The notes: generated by a model from the sequence alone, not told the origin. 64,000 nt of DNA from Eledone cirrhosa (GCA_964016885.1 OZ024740.1:244962001-245026000), one strand, 5' to 3'; shown: positions 1-15,884, counted from the first letter of the stretch. A program made the numbers and translations.

Positions 1-441
1 CAATTGTGTTATTTTTGTCGTTGCGGTGTTAGTGATGTTGGTGGTGTTGGTGGTGTTGGTAGTGTTGGTAGTGTTGGTAGTGTTGGTGGTGTTGGTAGTG
101 TTGGTGGTAGTGGCGGTGGTATTAATAGGGCTGCTGCTGTAGGTAAATGTAACCGTAATGGAGGGTGTATCTGTGAGGTGGGAGGTTGTAGGCATGATTA
201 AGGCTCCAGTAATATTTAGTTTCTGAAGATGCAGTAGCGATTGTTTAGTGCATAGTTTCACTTGACAAGGAAGGACAGGTACTCTCAGGTCTTCAATGAT
301 CGACCCCACCCTCCACCCCGATTATTTATCTTTCAGGCTCCCCCCCCCCCCTCCGCTTATTAAATTTTGCTACTCTATCTCCGACGAAATTTTATTGGGA
401 AAAGATTCCTATTGATACAGCAGCTGGAGAATCTAATAATA

Positions 442-623
442 ATTGTTTCTACTTTAGGCACAAGGCCAGCAAATACCCAGTGCATTACTGGTACTTTATT
501 TTATCGACCCCGTAAGGATGAAAGGCAAAGTCAACCTCGGCGGGATTTGAACTCAGATGGTAAAGGGACGTAACTATGCTGGAAAGCATGGCGTCCGACC
601 CTCTACCGATATTGCCAATCCAC
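442..623 (-). mobile_element. tRNA-derived SINE (octopus-type family), near full length
   Basis: Minus strand has A-box-like TGGCAATATCGG and B-box GAGTTCAAATCC, then the body GGGTCGATAAAATAAAGTACCAGT...GGCCTTGTGCC that recurs at 7.9k, 21.2k, 26.4k, 37.9k and 44.1k. Confidence 0.85.
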
Positions 624-854
624 CTAGTTTACATTAAAAACATTATAGATGACAAAAAAAAGAACATTACAACAAATCTCATATCTACGAACGTACACTA
701 TATAATTCCCGACCCCCACCCTTGCTTATTCCACTTCCCTCTATTATTTGGGACCCGAGAGTAGGCATAATCACCATCAGAATTATCATTATCTTCAGCT
801 GAAGCAGCAACTACAGCATCATCACTATCATTGTCACTTTTATCTTCATAATTA

Positions 855-3800
855 TCCTTATCACCACCACCGCTACCACCACCACCACTATCACCACCAC
901 CACTATCACCACCACCACTACCAATACCACTGCTATCACCATCACCACTATCACCACCACTGTTATCACCATCACCACCATCACCACCATCACTATCACC
1001 ACCACCACTATCACCATCACCACCATCACTATCACCACCACCACAATCACCACCACCACTATCACCATCACCACCATCACCACCATCACTATCAACACCA
1101 CCACTATCACCACCACCACTATCACCATCACCACCATCACTATCACCACCACCACTATCACCATCACCACCATCACCACCATCACTATCAACACCACCAC
1201 TATCACCACCACCACTATCACCACCACCACCATCACCACCACCACTATCACCACCACCACTATCACCACCACCACCATCACCACCACCACTATCACCACC
1301 ACCACTATCACCACCACTACTATCACCACCACCACTATCACCACCACCACTATCACCACCACCACTATCACCACCACCACTATCACCACCACCACCATCA
1401 CCACCACCACTATCACCACCACCATCACCACTATCACCACCACTGCTATCACCATCACCACCATCACCACCATCACTATCACCACCACCACCATCACCAT
1501 CACCACCATCACTATCACCACCACCACTATCACCATCACCACCATCACTATCACCACCACCACTATCACCACCACCACTATCACCATCACCACCATCACC
1601 ACCATCACTATCACCACCACCACCATCACCACCATCACTATCACCACCACCACTATCACCATCACCACCATCACTATCACCACCACCACTATCACCACCA
1701 CCACTATCACCACCATCACCATCACCACCATCACTATCACCACCACACTATCACCATCACCACCATCACTATCACCACCACCACTATCACCACCACCACT
1801 ATCACCACCACCACTATCACCACCACCACTATCACCATCACCACCATCACCACCATCACTATCACCACCACCACTATCACCACCACCACTATCACCATCA
1901 CCACCATCACCACCACCACTATCACCACCACCACCATCACCACCACCACTATCACCACCACCACCATCACCACCACCACTATCACCACCACCATCACCAC
2001 TATCACCACCACTGCTATCACCATCACCACCATCACCACCATCACTATCACCACCACCACCATCACCATCACCACCATCACTATCACCACCACCACTATC
2101 ACCATCACCACCATCACCACCATCACTATCACCACCACCACTATCACCACCACCACTATCACCACCACCACTATCACCACCACCACCATCACCACCACCA
2201 CTATCACCACCACCACTATCACCACCACCACCATCACCACCACCACTATCACCACCACCACTATCACCACCACCACTATCACCACCACCACTATCACCAC
2301 CACCACTATCACCACCACCACTATCACCACCACCACTATCACCACCACCACTATCACCACCACCACTATCACCACCACCACCATCACCACCACCACTATC
2401 ACCACCACCACTATCACCACCACCACTATCACCACCACCACTATCACCACCACCACCATCACCACCACCACTATCACCACCATCACCACCATCACCATCA
2501 CCACCATCACCATCACCACCATCACTACCACTGCTATCACCATCACCACTATCACCATCACCACCACTATCACCACCACCACCATCACTACCACCACTAT
2601 CACCACCACCATCACCACTATCACCACCACTGCTATCACCATCACCGCCATCACCACCACCACTATCACCACCACCACCATCACCATCACCACCATCACT
2701 ATCACCACCACCACTATCACCATCACCACCATCACCACCACCACTATCACCACCACCACCATCACCACCACCACTATCACCACCACCATCACCACTATCA
2801 CCACCACTGCTATCACCATCACCACCATCACCACCATCACTATCACCACCACCACCATCACCATCACCACCATCACTATCACCACCACCACTATCACCAT
2901 CACCACCATCACCACCATCACTATCACCACCACCACCATCACCACCACCACTATCACCACCACCATCACCACTATCACCACCACTGCTATCACCATCACC
3001 ACCATCACCACCACCACTATCACCACCACCACCATCACCATCACCACCATCACTATCACCACCACCACTATCACCATCACCACCATCACCACCACCACTA
3101 TCACCACCACCACCATCACCACCACCACTATCACCACCACCATCACCACTATCACCACCACTGTTATCACCATCACCACCATCACCACCATCACTATCAC
3201 CACCACCACCATCACCATCACCACCATCACTATCACCACCACCACTATCACCATCACCACCATCACCACCATCACTATCACCACCACCACTATCACCACC
3301 ACCACTATCACCACCACCACTATCACCACCACCACCATCACCACCACCACTATCACCACCACCATCACCACTATCACCACCACTGCTATCACCATCACCA
3401 CCATCACCACCATCACTATCACCACCACCACTATCACCACCATCACTATCACCACCACCACTATCACCATCACCACCATCACCACCATCACTATCAACAC
3501 CACCACCATCACCACCACCAATATCACCACCACCACTATCGCCACCACCACTATCACCACCACCAATATCACCACCACCACTATCACCACCACCACTATC
3601 ACCACCACCACTATCACCACCACCACCATCACCACCACCACTATCACCACCACCACCATCACCACAACTGCGATCACCACCACCACTATCACCACCACTA
3701 CTATCACCACCATCACCACCATCACCACCACCACCATAACCATCACCACCATCACCACCACCACTATCACCACCACCACCATCACCACCACTGCGATCAC

Positions 3801-6800
3801 CACCACCACTATCACCACCACTACTATCACCACCATCACCACCATCACCATCACCACCATCACCATCACCACCATCACTACCACTGCTATCACCATCACC
3901 ACTATCACCATCACCACCACTATCACCACCACCACCATCACTACCACCACTATCACCATCACCACTACCACCACCACCACTATCACTACCACTGCTATCA
4001 CCACCACCACTACCACCACCACCACCATCACCACCACTGCTATCACCATCACCACCATCACCACCACTGCTATCACCATCACCACCATCACCACCACCAC
4101 CATCACCACCACCACCATCACCACCACCACTATCACCACCACCACCATCACCACCACTACTATCACCACCACCACCATCACCACCACCACTATCACCACC
4201 ACCATCACCACTATCACCACCACTGCTATCACCATCACCACCATCACCACCACCACTATCACCACCACCATCACCACCATCACCACCACCACTATCACCA
4301 TCACCACCATAACCACCACCACCATAACCACCACCACCATTACCACCACCACCATCACCATCACCACCATCACCACCACCACCATCACCATCACCACCAT
4401 CCCCATCACCACCATCACCACCACCACTGTCACCACCACCACCATCACCACCACCACCATTACTACCACCACTATCACCACCACCACTATCACTATCACC
4501 ACCACCACCATCACCACCACCACCATCACCACCACCACCATCACCATCACCACCATCACCACCACAACTATCACCATCACCACCATCACCACCACCACTA
4601 TCACCATCACCACCATAACCACCACCACCATCACCACCACCACTATCACCACCACCACTATCACTACCACCACTATCACCATCACCACCATCACCACCAC
4701 CACTATCACCATCACCACCATCACCACCACCACTATCACCATCACCACCATCACCACCACCACTACCACCATCACCACCATCACCACCACCACCATCACT
4801 ACCACCACTATCACCATCACCACCATCACCACCACCACCATCACCACACCACCACCACTCATCACCATCACCACCATCACCATCACCACCATCACCACCA
4901 TCACCACCACCACCATCACCACCACCACTATCACCACCACCACCACCACCACCACCACCACCACCACCACCACCACCACCACCACCACCACCACCACCAC
5001 CACACCACCACCATCACCACCACCACCACCACCACCACTGCTATCACCATCACCACCATCACCATCACCACCACCACCATCACCACCATCACCATCACCA
5101 CCACCACCATCACCACCACCACCATCACCACCACCACCATCACCACCACCACCATCACCACCACCACCACCACCACCACCACCACCACCACACACATCAC
5201 CACCACCATCACCACCACACCATCACCACCACCACCATCACCACCACCACCATCACCACCACCTCTATCACCACCACACCATCACCACCACCACTATCAC
5301 CACCACCACTATCACCACCACACCACCACCACCACCACCACCACCACCACCATCACCACCATCACCACCACCACCATCACCACCACTGCTATCACCACCA
5401 CCACCACCACCACCACCATCACCACCACTGCTATCACCATCATCGCCAACGCTATCACAATCCCTGCTATCATCACTACTGTCATCATCATCATCATTAC
5501 AACTATCAACACAATCATCATCATCGTTAGTCATTATCATAATCGCTACCACCACCACCACCACCACCACCACCATCACTAACGCTATCACTACCACCAC
5601 CATCATCACAACCACCATAATCACCACCACCACCACCACCACCACTACCATCACTAACGCTATCACTACCGCCACCATCATCACAACCACCATCATCACC
5701 ACCACCACCACCACCACCACCACCACCACCACCACCACTATCACTAACGCTATCACTACCGCCACCATCATCACCACCACCACCACCACCACCACCACCA
5801 CCATCACTAACGCTATCACTACCGCCACCATCATTACAACCACCATCACCACCACCACCACCACCACCACCACCACCACCACCACCACCACCACCACCAC
5901 CACCACTTTCACTAACGCTATCACTACCGCCACCATCATCACCACCACCACCACCACCACCACCATCACTAACGCTATCACTACCGCCACCATCATTACA
6001 ACCACCATCACCACCACCACCACCACCACCACCACCACCACCACCACCACCACCACCACCACCACCACCACCACCACCACCACTTTCACTAACGCTATCA
6101 CTACCGCCACCATCATCACCACCACCACCACCACCACCACCACCATCACTAACGCTATCACTACCGCCACCATCATCACAACTACCATCATCACCACCAC
6201 CACCACCACCACCACCACCACCACCACCACCACCACCACCACCACCTCCACCACCACCACCATCACTAACGCTATCACTACCGCCACCATCATTACAACC
6301 ACCATCACCACCACCACCACCACCACCACCACCACCACCACCACCACCACCACCACCACTATCACTACCGCGACCATCATCACAACTACCATCATCACCA
6401 CCACCACCACCACCACCACCACCAACACCACCACCACCACCACCACCTCCACCACCACCACCACCACTAACGCTATCACTACCGCCACCATCATCACAAC
6501 CACCACCACCACCACCACCACCACCACCACCACCACCACCACCACCACCACCACCACCACCTCCACCACCACTAACGCTATCACTACCGCCACCATCATC
6601 ACAACCACCATCACCACCACCACCACCACCACCACTACCATCACTAACGCTATCACTACCGCCACCATCATCACAACCACCATCATCACCACCACCACCA
6701 CCACCACCACCACCACCACCACCACACCACCACCACCACCACCACCACCTCCACCACCACCACCACCACTAACGCTATCACTACCGCCACCATCATCACA

Positions 6801-7043
6801 AACGCTATCACTATCACCACTACCATTACAATTATCACCACCACCAGCACCACCATCACCACCAGCAGCACCAGCACCACTAGCACCACCACCACCACCA
6901 GCACCACTAGCACCACCACCACCACCAGCAGCACCACCAGCACCACCATCACCACCAGCAGCACCAGCAGCACCACCACCACCACCAACACCACCACCAC
7001 CAACACCACCAGCACCACCACCACCAGTACCACCACCACCACC

Positions 7044-7074
<31 letters not shown>

Positions 7075-7197
7075 CCAGCAGCACCACCCACCACCACCAC
7101 CACCACCACCACCAGCAGCACCACCACCACCACCACCAGCACCACCACCACCACCAGCAGCACCACCACCACCACCACCAATACCACCAGTACCACC

Positions 7198-7228
<31 letters not shown>

Positions 7229-7591
7229 CCACCACCACCACCACCACCACCACCACCAGCATCACCAGCACCACCATCAACACCACCACCTCCACCACCA
7301 CCACCATTACTAACGCTATCACTACCGCCACCATCATCACAACCACCATCATCACCACCAGCACCAGCACCACCACAACCACCACCACCACCACAACCAC
7401 TACCACCACCACCAGCACCACCATCAACACCACCACCACCACCACCACAACCACCAGCACCACCACCACCACCACCACCATCACCACCACCACCATCACC
7501 ACCACCACCACCACCACCACCAGCACCACGCCACTACCAGCACCACCACCACGACTAGCACCACCACCACCACCACCACCACCACGCCACT

Positions 7592-7622
<31 letters not shown>

Positions 7623-7625
7623 CTA
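855..7625. repeat. 6.8 kb (CAC/CAT/TAC)n trinucleotide-derived satellite with higher-order subunits
   Basis: Continuous CAC-based repeats. 15-mer ATCACCACCACCACT blocks occur to about 4.9k, a recurrent ACTAACGCTATCACTACCGCCACCATCAT unit at 5.58-7.33k, and a CAG-containing block at 6.85-7.6k. Confidence 0.97.
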
Positions 7626-7857
7626 TCCCCATTTGATGTTTACATAATCACAGTGCAATGGCTGTTATCAATTGAAAGTTATCTTCTGTAAACAATCTCG
7701 CCTCATTCATTAACAAGAATATAAACTTGTGTTGATAATTAAGTAGGAGATATTTCTGATGAAATTAACAAGAATGAACAATACCTCACTCATTATATAT
7801 AACAGCGTATCACTCACTCATTAGCTCATTCATTCCACTAATTATTATTTACTAATT

Positions 7858-7950
7858 ACTTTGCCTTTCATCCTTACGGGGTCGATAAAATAAAGTACCA
7901 GTAATACACTGAATATTTGCTGGCCTTGTGCCTAACGTAGAAACAATTAT
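7858..7950 (+). mobile_element. SINE 3' fragment
   Basis: ctttgcctttcatccttacggggtcgataaaataaagtaccagt...ggccttgtgcc matches the 442-623 family. Confidence 0.8.
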
Positions 7951-8059
7951 TTACTAATTACTTATGAATTTGTTTTCATTCCTTAGTTAAATTAGTTTCA
8001 AAATTATTTTCGCATAGCTTATGAAATGTTGAAGTGTTCATAGCAACATAGTATATAGG

Positions 8060-8852
8060 TGTTTGTGTTGGTGTGGTGTAGTGGTGTGGTGTTGTGGTGT
8101 GGTGTAGTGTTGGAGTGCTGTGGTGTAGTGTTGTGGTGTAGTGGTGTGGTGTAGTGTAGTGTTGTGTTGTGGTGTAGTGTAGTGTTGTGGTGTAGTGGTG
8201 TAGTGGTGTGGTGTAGTGTTGTAGTGTTGTGGTGTTGTGGTGTAGTGTAGTGTTGTGGTGTAGTGGTGTGGTGTAGTGTTGTGTTGCGTGTTGTAGTGTA
8301 GTGGTGTGGTGTAGTGGTGTGGTGTAGTGTAGTGGTGTGGTGTAGTGTAGTGGTGTGGTGTTGTGGTGTGGTGTAGTGTTGTAGTGTTGTGGTGTAGTGT
8401 TGTGGTGTAGTGGTGTGGTGTAGTGTAGTGTTGTGTTGTAGTGTAGTGTAGTGTTGTGGTGTAGTGGTGTAGTGGTGTGGTAGTGGTGTAGTAGTGTAGT
8501 GGTGTGGTGTGGTGTAGTGTAGTGTTGTGTGTGGTGTGGTGTAGTGGTGTGGTGTAGTGTAGTGTTGTGGTGTAGTGGTGTAGTGGTGTGGTAGTGGTGT
8601 AGTAATGTAGTGGTGTGGTGTGGTGTAGTGTAGTGTTGTGGTGTGGTGTAGTGGTGTGGTGTAGTGTTGTAGTGTTGTAGTGTTGTGGTGTTGTGGTGTT
8701 GTGGTGTAGTGCTGTGGTGTAGTGTTGTGGTGTTGTGTTGTTGTGGTGTAGTGTTGTGGTGTAGTGTGGTGGTGTGGTGTTGTGGTGTTGTGGTGTAGTG
8801 TTGTGGTGTTGTGGTGGTGGTGATGGTGGTGGTGGTGGTGGTGGTGGTGGTT

Positions 8853-8944
<92 letters not shown>

Positions 8945-8967
8945 GGTGGTGGTGGTGGTGGTGGTAA

Positions 8968-9000
<33 letters not shown>

Positions 9001-9016
9001 CAGAAGCAGCAGCAGC

Positions 9017-9065
<49 letters not shown>
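8060..9065. repeat. (GTGTA/GTG)n then (GGT)n/(AGT)n microsatellite tract
   Basis: Direct inspection. Confidence 0.95.
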
Positions 9066-9441
9066 ATATAAGTAGTATCATGTACATTTAGTGACTCAGA
9101 GCTAACAATGTATGTATTGTACTACGTACAGTTTTTTGAGATGAAACGATTGGAATAATAAATTAGGAACTTGAATCATCTTTATCAATTATCTCATCTT
9201 ATATGTACGTAGAATATATGTGGGTGTTTGTGTAGTTGTGTCTGCGTCTGCGTGCACGCGTGCGTGTGTGGGTGTTGGATGTTGTTTATTTTTGTAGTAG
9301 TTTCTCTTTGTATATATATATATATATATATATATGTACATATGCTTGTGTGTATACACACACACACACACATATATTTGCATAATTTTGTAGTAGTTCC
9401 TCTTTGTATATATATATATGTACATATACCTGTATGTATAA

Positions 9442-9512
<71 letters not shown>

Positions 9513-9517
<5 letters not shown>

Positions 9518-9644
9518 TCTGAAGACAGCATATATATGTGTAGGTATGTATATTCCCTCTGATAGTTTGTAAAAATTTTACATAGATCTATATGATATAC
9601 ATACCAACACAAACATATATATCCTAGAAACGATCGTAAAATGA
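9513..9644 (+). ncRNA. type I hammerhead ribozyme with long helix II, in a short insert between (TA)n tracts
   Basis: Helix I TTATTT/AAATGA; core CTGAAGA at 9519; helix II ATATATATGT/ACATATATAT plus GGTATGTATAT/ATATACATACC; GAAAC-GATC-GTA with palindromic helix III. Confidence 0.65.
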
Positions 9645-9701
9645 TGAATTTTTTAATATAAGGAACTGTTTCTTTGTTTTTATTCATTATTTTTATTAAT
9701 T

Positions 9702-9777
<76 letters not shown>

Positions 9778-9984
9778 CATATGTGTGTGTGTGTCTGTAT
9801 GTGTAGGTCTGTTACTGTATATGTGGATATTTAATACAGGGGTGTTTTAGGTGGAATGTTTTTCTAGATACGGTTGTCGTAAATGATATGTGTGAGATAT
9901 AGCAGAATTGTTGTTGATTAGAGATAGATTTAAGTAAAGTGATGTCATCTATGTTATATATAATGTGGATATATCCAGAGATTA

Positions 9985-10145
9985 AAGGCGTCGTATTGGT
10001 AGAGTCACTGGAACCTCAGATAAATTGCTCTGCAGTATTCGTTCCGGTTCTTTCTGCTCTGAGTTAATATCCCGTCGATGTCAACTTTGCCTTTCATCCT
10101 TTCAAGGTCGATAAAAAAAAGTACCATTTTAGTACTGGGGTCGAT
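9985..10145 (+). mobile_element. diverged SINE copy
   Basis: ctgagttaatatcccg...gcctttcatcctttcaaggtcgataaaa...gtactggggtcgat. Confidence 0.7.
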
Positions 10146-10189
10146 TCTCTCTCTCTCTCTCTCTCTCGCTCTCTCTTTCTCTATCTATC

Positions 10190-10277
<88 letters not shown>

Positions 10278-10447
10278 CTTCTTTGTAAGAAATCGGTTGT
10301 GTTTAGACCTGGAGAGGAGTTGGGCTCCACCAGTTTTAAAATGAGATGGCCCACTCTGTACGTTAATCAGATAGGCCCGGATTCTAGATGTTACAAAGAC
10401 AAACTATAAAAGCGTATTTGAACCCATCTACAATGGATCTGCCAGCT

Positions 10448-11065
10448 ACACCAATGTCGCTGCGGTTCCACCGTGGACTCTTTCGGCCTCCACCCGCTTT
10501 CCTGTCGCCACATTGCCGGCCGCATTCCACGCCATACTGCCCTCAACGAGGTCATTAAGCATGGCTTGGACGCTACCGGCTTCCCTTCCCAGCTCGAGCC
10601 GGTGGGGCTGGATCGAGGGGACGGCAAAGGCCAGATGGCATGACCATCTTCCCGTTCCGCGGTGGCAAACCCCTCGTCTGAGATGCCACTTGCACCGACA
10701 CTTTCTGCAGCCGCAACCTGGTGCAGTCTGCGACTGACCCAGGTTCTGCTGCACGTCGAGCTGAGGGATGCAAACTCCTCAAATACCGGTCGCTCTCCGA
10801 CAGGTTTGCAGTCGTTCCCCTGGCAGTGGAGACTTCTGGTGTCCTCGGCCCCAGGGCTACCTCCTTACTCACCACCATAGGCGCTGAGCTGGCCAGCCGT
10901 AGGTGTGAGCCCCGCGAGTTGGAGTGGCTTTTCCAGCGCGTCTCGCTTGCCGTCCTCCGGGAAAAGGCCTTCTCCATTCTGTCCGCCGGGGCTGTGGGTG
11001 GGCCCCATCGCGTACCAATACATTAGTTAAATACCATTCTTTCACCTGATACAACACAATAAAAA
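10448..11065 (+). pseudogene. 3' fragment of a CRE-like non-LTR retrotransposon (zinc knuckle + restriction-like endonuclease), inactivated
   Basis: GC-rich island reading HQCRCGSTVDSFGLHPLSCRHIAGRIPRHTALNEVI...EPVGLDRGDGK / PDGMTIFPFRGGKPLV*DATCTDT...VPLAVETSGVLG...FQRVSLAV. There is a 1-nt frameshift near 10628 and a TGA at the expected Trp; AATAAA near 11058. Confidence 0.8.
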
Positions 11066-12004
11066 CCTACCTCTTATGTGTATATGAGAAACACATTAAG
11101 TCTCACTGTGAATATTCACGTCATTACCGTTCGTCAACACTCGCTCGCTTACTCCCAAATGCCGAAGCATGATAAACAATATCGTCTTATAGATTTTGTA
11201 AACAAACTATTCTTGTTGAAAACTTATTTACATATAGAACAAGCTTTACTGACTAGACTAAATGTATGTTTATCCTACATAAATGTATGTTTATTATAGC
11301 TAAACATATTATATTAGGGTTCATATACGCCTTTATTCTGAATCACGTGTTAGTGCTACCGCTAATTAAACATACAGTAATATATATGTTTCTACAAGCT
11401 ATTTTTTTCCTTTTTACATGTTCTGAAACTGGTGGGTGTGAGAGAGTTAAGTGAAATTTACTAACATAAAATGAAAGAAAGGTTGGGCCATTCAATTTTA
11501 CTGATAAACTGAATTAGGGAAAGAAAATTATCTTTGAATGCATAGTGATTGAGGGTTTTCTTCGGAGTACATTGATATTTCTTTATGGCTAACAAAATTC
11601 TTCAACTAACAGAACATTAGTCTATTAGAGATGAGCACATGGTATTCGGTGCAGCATATAGAAGGAGCCTTCTTGATTTTCATTCTGTGCAGTATTTCAC
11701 ATCAGGCCGTCCTTAGACTGTGCCAGTAGCAAAACTTTTTTTTTTTTTTTTTTTTTTCAGTGAGTTGGGATTCCTAGCATCTCGCTCAACGCATCTCCAG
11801 TCCTGGCAAAAGAGACACCATGAGATGTCATACACGACCCCGTTCTAAGGCTCAACAACGTAGCTGATTCATGGAAAGAGAGCAAGAGAGTTAAGAGAGC
11901 AAGAGAGTTAAGAACGTTAGTTACAATGTCTTTTACAAACGCCAAAGATGTCAATTTAAGCATCACAAAGATGCCCCTTTTCTTTCCTTCTTTCTTTCTT
12001 TCTT

Positions 12005-12165
12005 TCTTATTTATTTTCTGCATATTTGCCGGTGGCTCTACGTTCTGAGCTCAAACCCCGCCGAGGACAACATTGCCTTTAATCCTTCCGGGATCGATAA
12101 ATTAAAGAACTGAGGTCCATACAATTGACTTCCCTCTGCCCACAAATTTCTGGCCTTTATGTATA
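12005..12165 (+). mobile_element. SINE fragment
   Basis: ctgagctcaaaccccgccgagg...gcctttaatccttccgggatcgataaa. Confidence 0.7.
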
Positions 12166-12550
12166 TCTTTGACGGTGCCCCTCCGCCTCTATCAGGAGTT
12201 GCGAGTGGATACATACGAAGGGGCTTCAAAATGTTCGTGGAAAATGTACATAGCTAAAAATCCTATGGAGGGATCTTGATTTCAATGCACCTGTACGTTA
12301 AACTAATATATTTCCTCGTTGTACTACGTCACTTACTTTGTTATTTATATTTACTGTTTACATATATATATATACACACACACATATATATAAATATAGC
12401 AAAGCTAGAACTATACAAACAATTCTCGACGGAAAGTAGAGAATTATAAAAATAGTATGTAATTGCCACGTTTTAAAAAATGATCAGCTCAATGTATAAT
12501 ATACACAGGTTTGAAGAGAAAAAGATATTAATGAGTAAGTGTAGAGCAAA

Positions 12551-12713
12551 TATAAACAAGAGTATCAATGGAAAAATTAATTTCTTTCGTCCAAAAACTA
12601 TATTTATTCTCTTACATATGCAAAGAATGCATATCTCTTTCGAAACATGTAAGAGAATAAATATGGTTTGGGGATGAAAGACGTTAATTTTTCCATTGAT
12701 ATTCCTGTTTATA
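12551..12713. repeat. imperfect ~160-bp palindrome ending in a TA/TG microsatellite
   Basis: tataaacaagagtatcaatggaaaaattaa ... ttaatttttccattgatattcctgtttata, with inner arms atatttattctcttacat / atgtaagagaataaatat. Confidence 0.8.
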
Positions 12714-12719
12714 TATATG

Positions 12720-12797
<78 letters not shown>

Positions 12798-12814
12798 CGT
12801 GCGTGTGTGCGTGC

Positions 12815-12879
<65 letters not shown>

Positions 12880-13323
12880 TTAAAAGGGACAAGGTGGTGT
12901 GTGGTTAATAATAAAGAGTGTTTTGAAATGTAAGGGGAACTCAAACATAAGACAATTCCCTCTTCAGTTGTATGCTGTGGGTCTCGGATGTTTCGACGCA
13001 TTAAAGACAATACATCTATCCACAGTGCGTTAATAACTTCGGGAAGTTATTAGGGAAGGAAAAGACAAAAAAGAGACGATAGTGAAGAGAAAGAAAATAA
13101 ACAGAAGAAAGAAACATACCGATAGAGAGGGGGAAACATGAGACAGTAGTACATGTATGTAGCAGTAACCAAGGGGAGGGGAGCGGAAGAAGTTAAAAAG
13201 GCACCCGGGTGTAAGCCCTGAGACCTTATTAACAGCATGAACAGGCGTAAAGCGGGAGAGACGAAGGAAAACGGAAGTAGTAAGGGAGCAAAGAGAGAGG
13301 GGGAGAAAGGGGATAGATGCCGG

Positions 13324-13373
<50 letters not shown>

Positions 13374-13859
13374 TATTTTAATGGAATTTGCTATATTATG
13401 TAGTCCTTTCTTTTTAACATTAGCATAAGGCCAATCATTTTGGGAGTGCTTTATTTTATTGATCTTGGCGAGATTTGAAACCAGAATATAGAAGACCGTA
13501 GCGAAATACTGGAATGCTTCCTCCAACGCACTACCGATATTGCATATCCACTGCCTCTGCTACATTAAATAGTGAAAAAATATTGTGAAGGGTAGTTGTT
13601 AGTGAAATCAAGGTAGAACAACAGAGTGATGTTGCCTAAAGAAATGTTTCATTGAGAGAGGCAACTGTGAATAACAGGAGGGTGATGGTGATGGTAGTGA
13701 TAGCTGGTCTTAAAGTGAAGGAGGATCATGATTTGATTAGTAGGTGAGTTTGTGTGGGGAAGGTGCAAGTTATGCAGGGAGGAGAGGGATTGATGAAGAA
13801 AAAAATATCTTTTGGAATTTATGAATGTGTTTCTAAATTTAGAACTTAGGAAAATAAAT

Positions 13860-13950
<91 letters not shown>

Positions 13951-14105
13951 CAACTAGAAATTGATTTACATATAAATAAACATATGAAACAATCACATTC
14001 GGGTGATATGGCGCATGCCTTTCTGGCATGACACCCATAATTTTGATTTAGATTAAATTCATTTTGATTTATCTTAATTTTGGATATATATATATATATA
14101 TATAT

Positions 14106-14272
14106 AATGAAGGAAATGGGGTAAGGAACCAGGTGGACCATAACGCACCAAAGTACTCAATACTTAGGGTAGTAGAGTGGGTAATAGGAATGAGTAGGAC
14201 CCCGACGGCTAATTCTGGAATTAGCCGTCGAAACGGCTTGAGCTCAGCCGTCGGGGTCCTACTCATTCCTAT
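14106..14272. mobile_element. short fold-back element (copy 1 of 4) containing the 3' half of a hammerhead
   Basis: Same sequence as 15277, 17331 and 52396; inverted arms; GAAACGGCT-tgagctc-AGCCGTC; flanked by (TA)n. Confidence 0.75.
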
Positions 14273-14329
14273 ATATATATATATATATATATGCATATAT
14301 TGTATTTATTTTCCTAAGTTCTAAATTAT

Positions 14330-14397
<68 letters not shown>

Positions 14398-14404
<7 letters not shown>

Positions 14405-14580
14405 TATTTGGGGAGGGTCATATTGTTATAATATTGCCAGAAATAATAATAAAATACACTCACTGTTTGGTTTGGATTGGTTTTTACTTCTGTATATTTT
14501 ATATCCCTATGGTTAATTTAGCTGGCAATCAATGCTTATCATTGATTGATCAACGGTTAAAAATAAAAATGTTGTAGACA
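14398..14580 (-). mobile_element. solo 3' end (pLTR) of the Naiad-like PLE family
   Basis: Reverse complement is homologous to 23950-24120 (caatatgaccctcccaaatataac terminus) and abuts (TA)n. Confidence 0.8.
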
Positions 14581-14666
14581 TTACAATACAACGGGAAGAA
14601 ACATAATAGTATCATTGATGATGCCACAGGTGTGTGAGGAAAGAACATTGATAAACTATATATATA

Positions 14667-15188
14667 TTATTACTCCGAGATTCCTCATTGAGTGCTTGGC
14701 TGCACAAGCCTCAATGTATTTCGTTGGCTTGGCTACAGCCGAAGCTTCTATTTTACTAAACTTCCATTTGTATTATCTCCTAGGCCTAATAATTAATTAA
14801 TTAATTTAATTAGACAATTCCATTGATTGATTAATTATTTATGTTTGTTTAATAACGCCTGGCCGAGTGCTTCTTATTCGGTTTGTGCAGGGAACACAAT
14901 TCCCTTGTCCACATTTTGAATTTGGCCGCCAAGAAACCTGGGGTTATTTCACTTGTTGGGAAAAAGCACGTGATCTGCCTCCGAGACGGCCCAGGTTTGT
15001 TTTTATTAACTTGTTGGTTTTTTCGTTGCTTCCCTGTTGTGGCGAGGCTTGCCTGCCACAGTTTTCAATTTGTCATGCCGTCAAACGAATGTTATTACTC
15101 TGAGATTCCTCATTGAGTGCTTGGCTGTACAATTCCTCATTATTCTCGTTGGCTTGGCTACAGTCGAAGCTTCGATTTTACGAAACTT

Positions 15189-15192
<4 letters not shown>
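14667..15192 (+). mobile_element. 425-bp unit plus ~95-bp partial tandem repeat (non-autonomous PLE-related unit)
   Basis: tactc(c/t)gagattcctcattgagtgcttggctg...aaacttccat at 14671 and 15096; homologous blocks at 53.9-54.4k and 56.3-57.3k; (TA)n on both sides. Confidence 0.7.

Positions 15193-15884
<692 letters not shown>

Noticed and set aside
748-7647. 2299-aa His/Thr/Pro-rich ORF and antisense Val-rich ORFs
   Set aside because: The repeat register shifts (poly-H to poly-T to poly-P) within one frame, and CAC repeats lack stops, so this is best explained as a microsatellite artefact.
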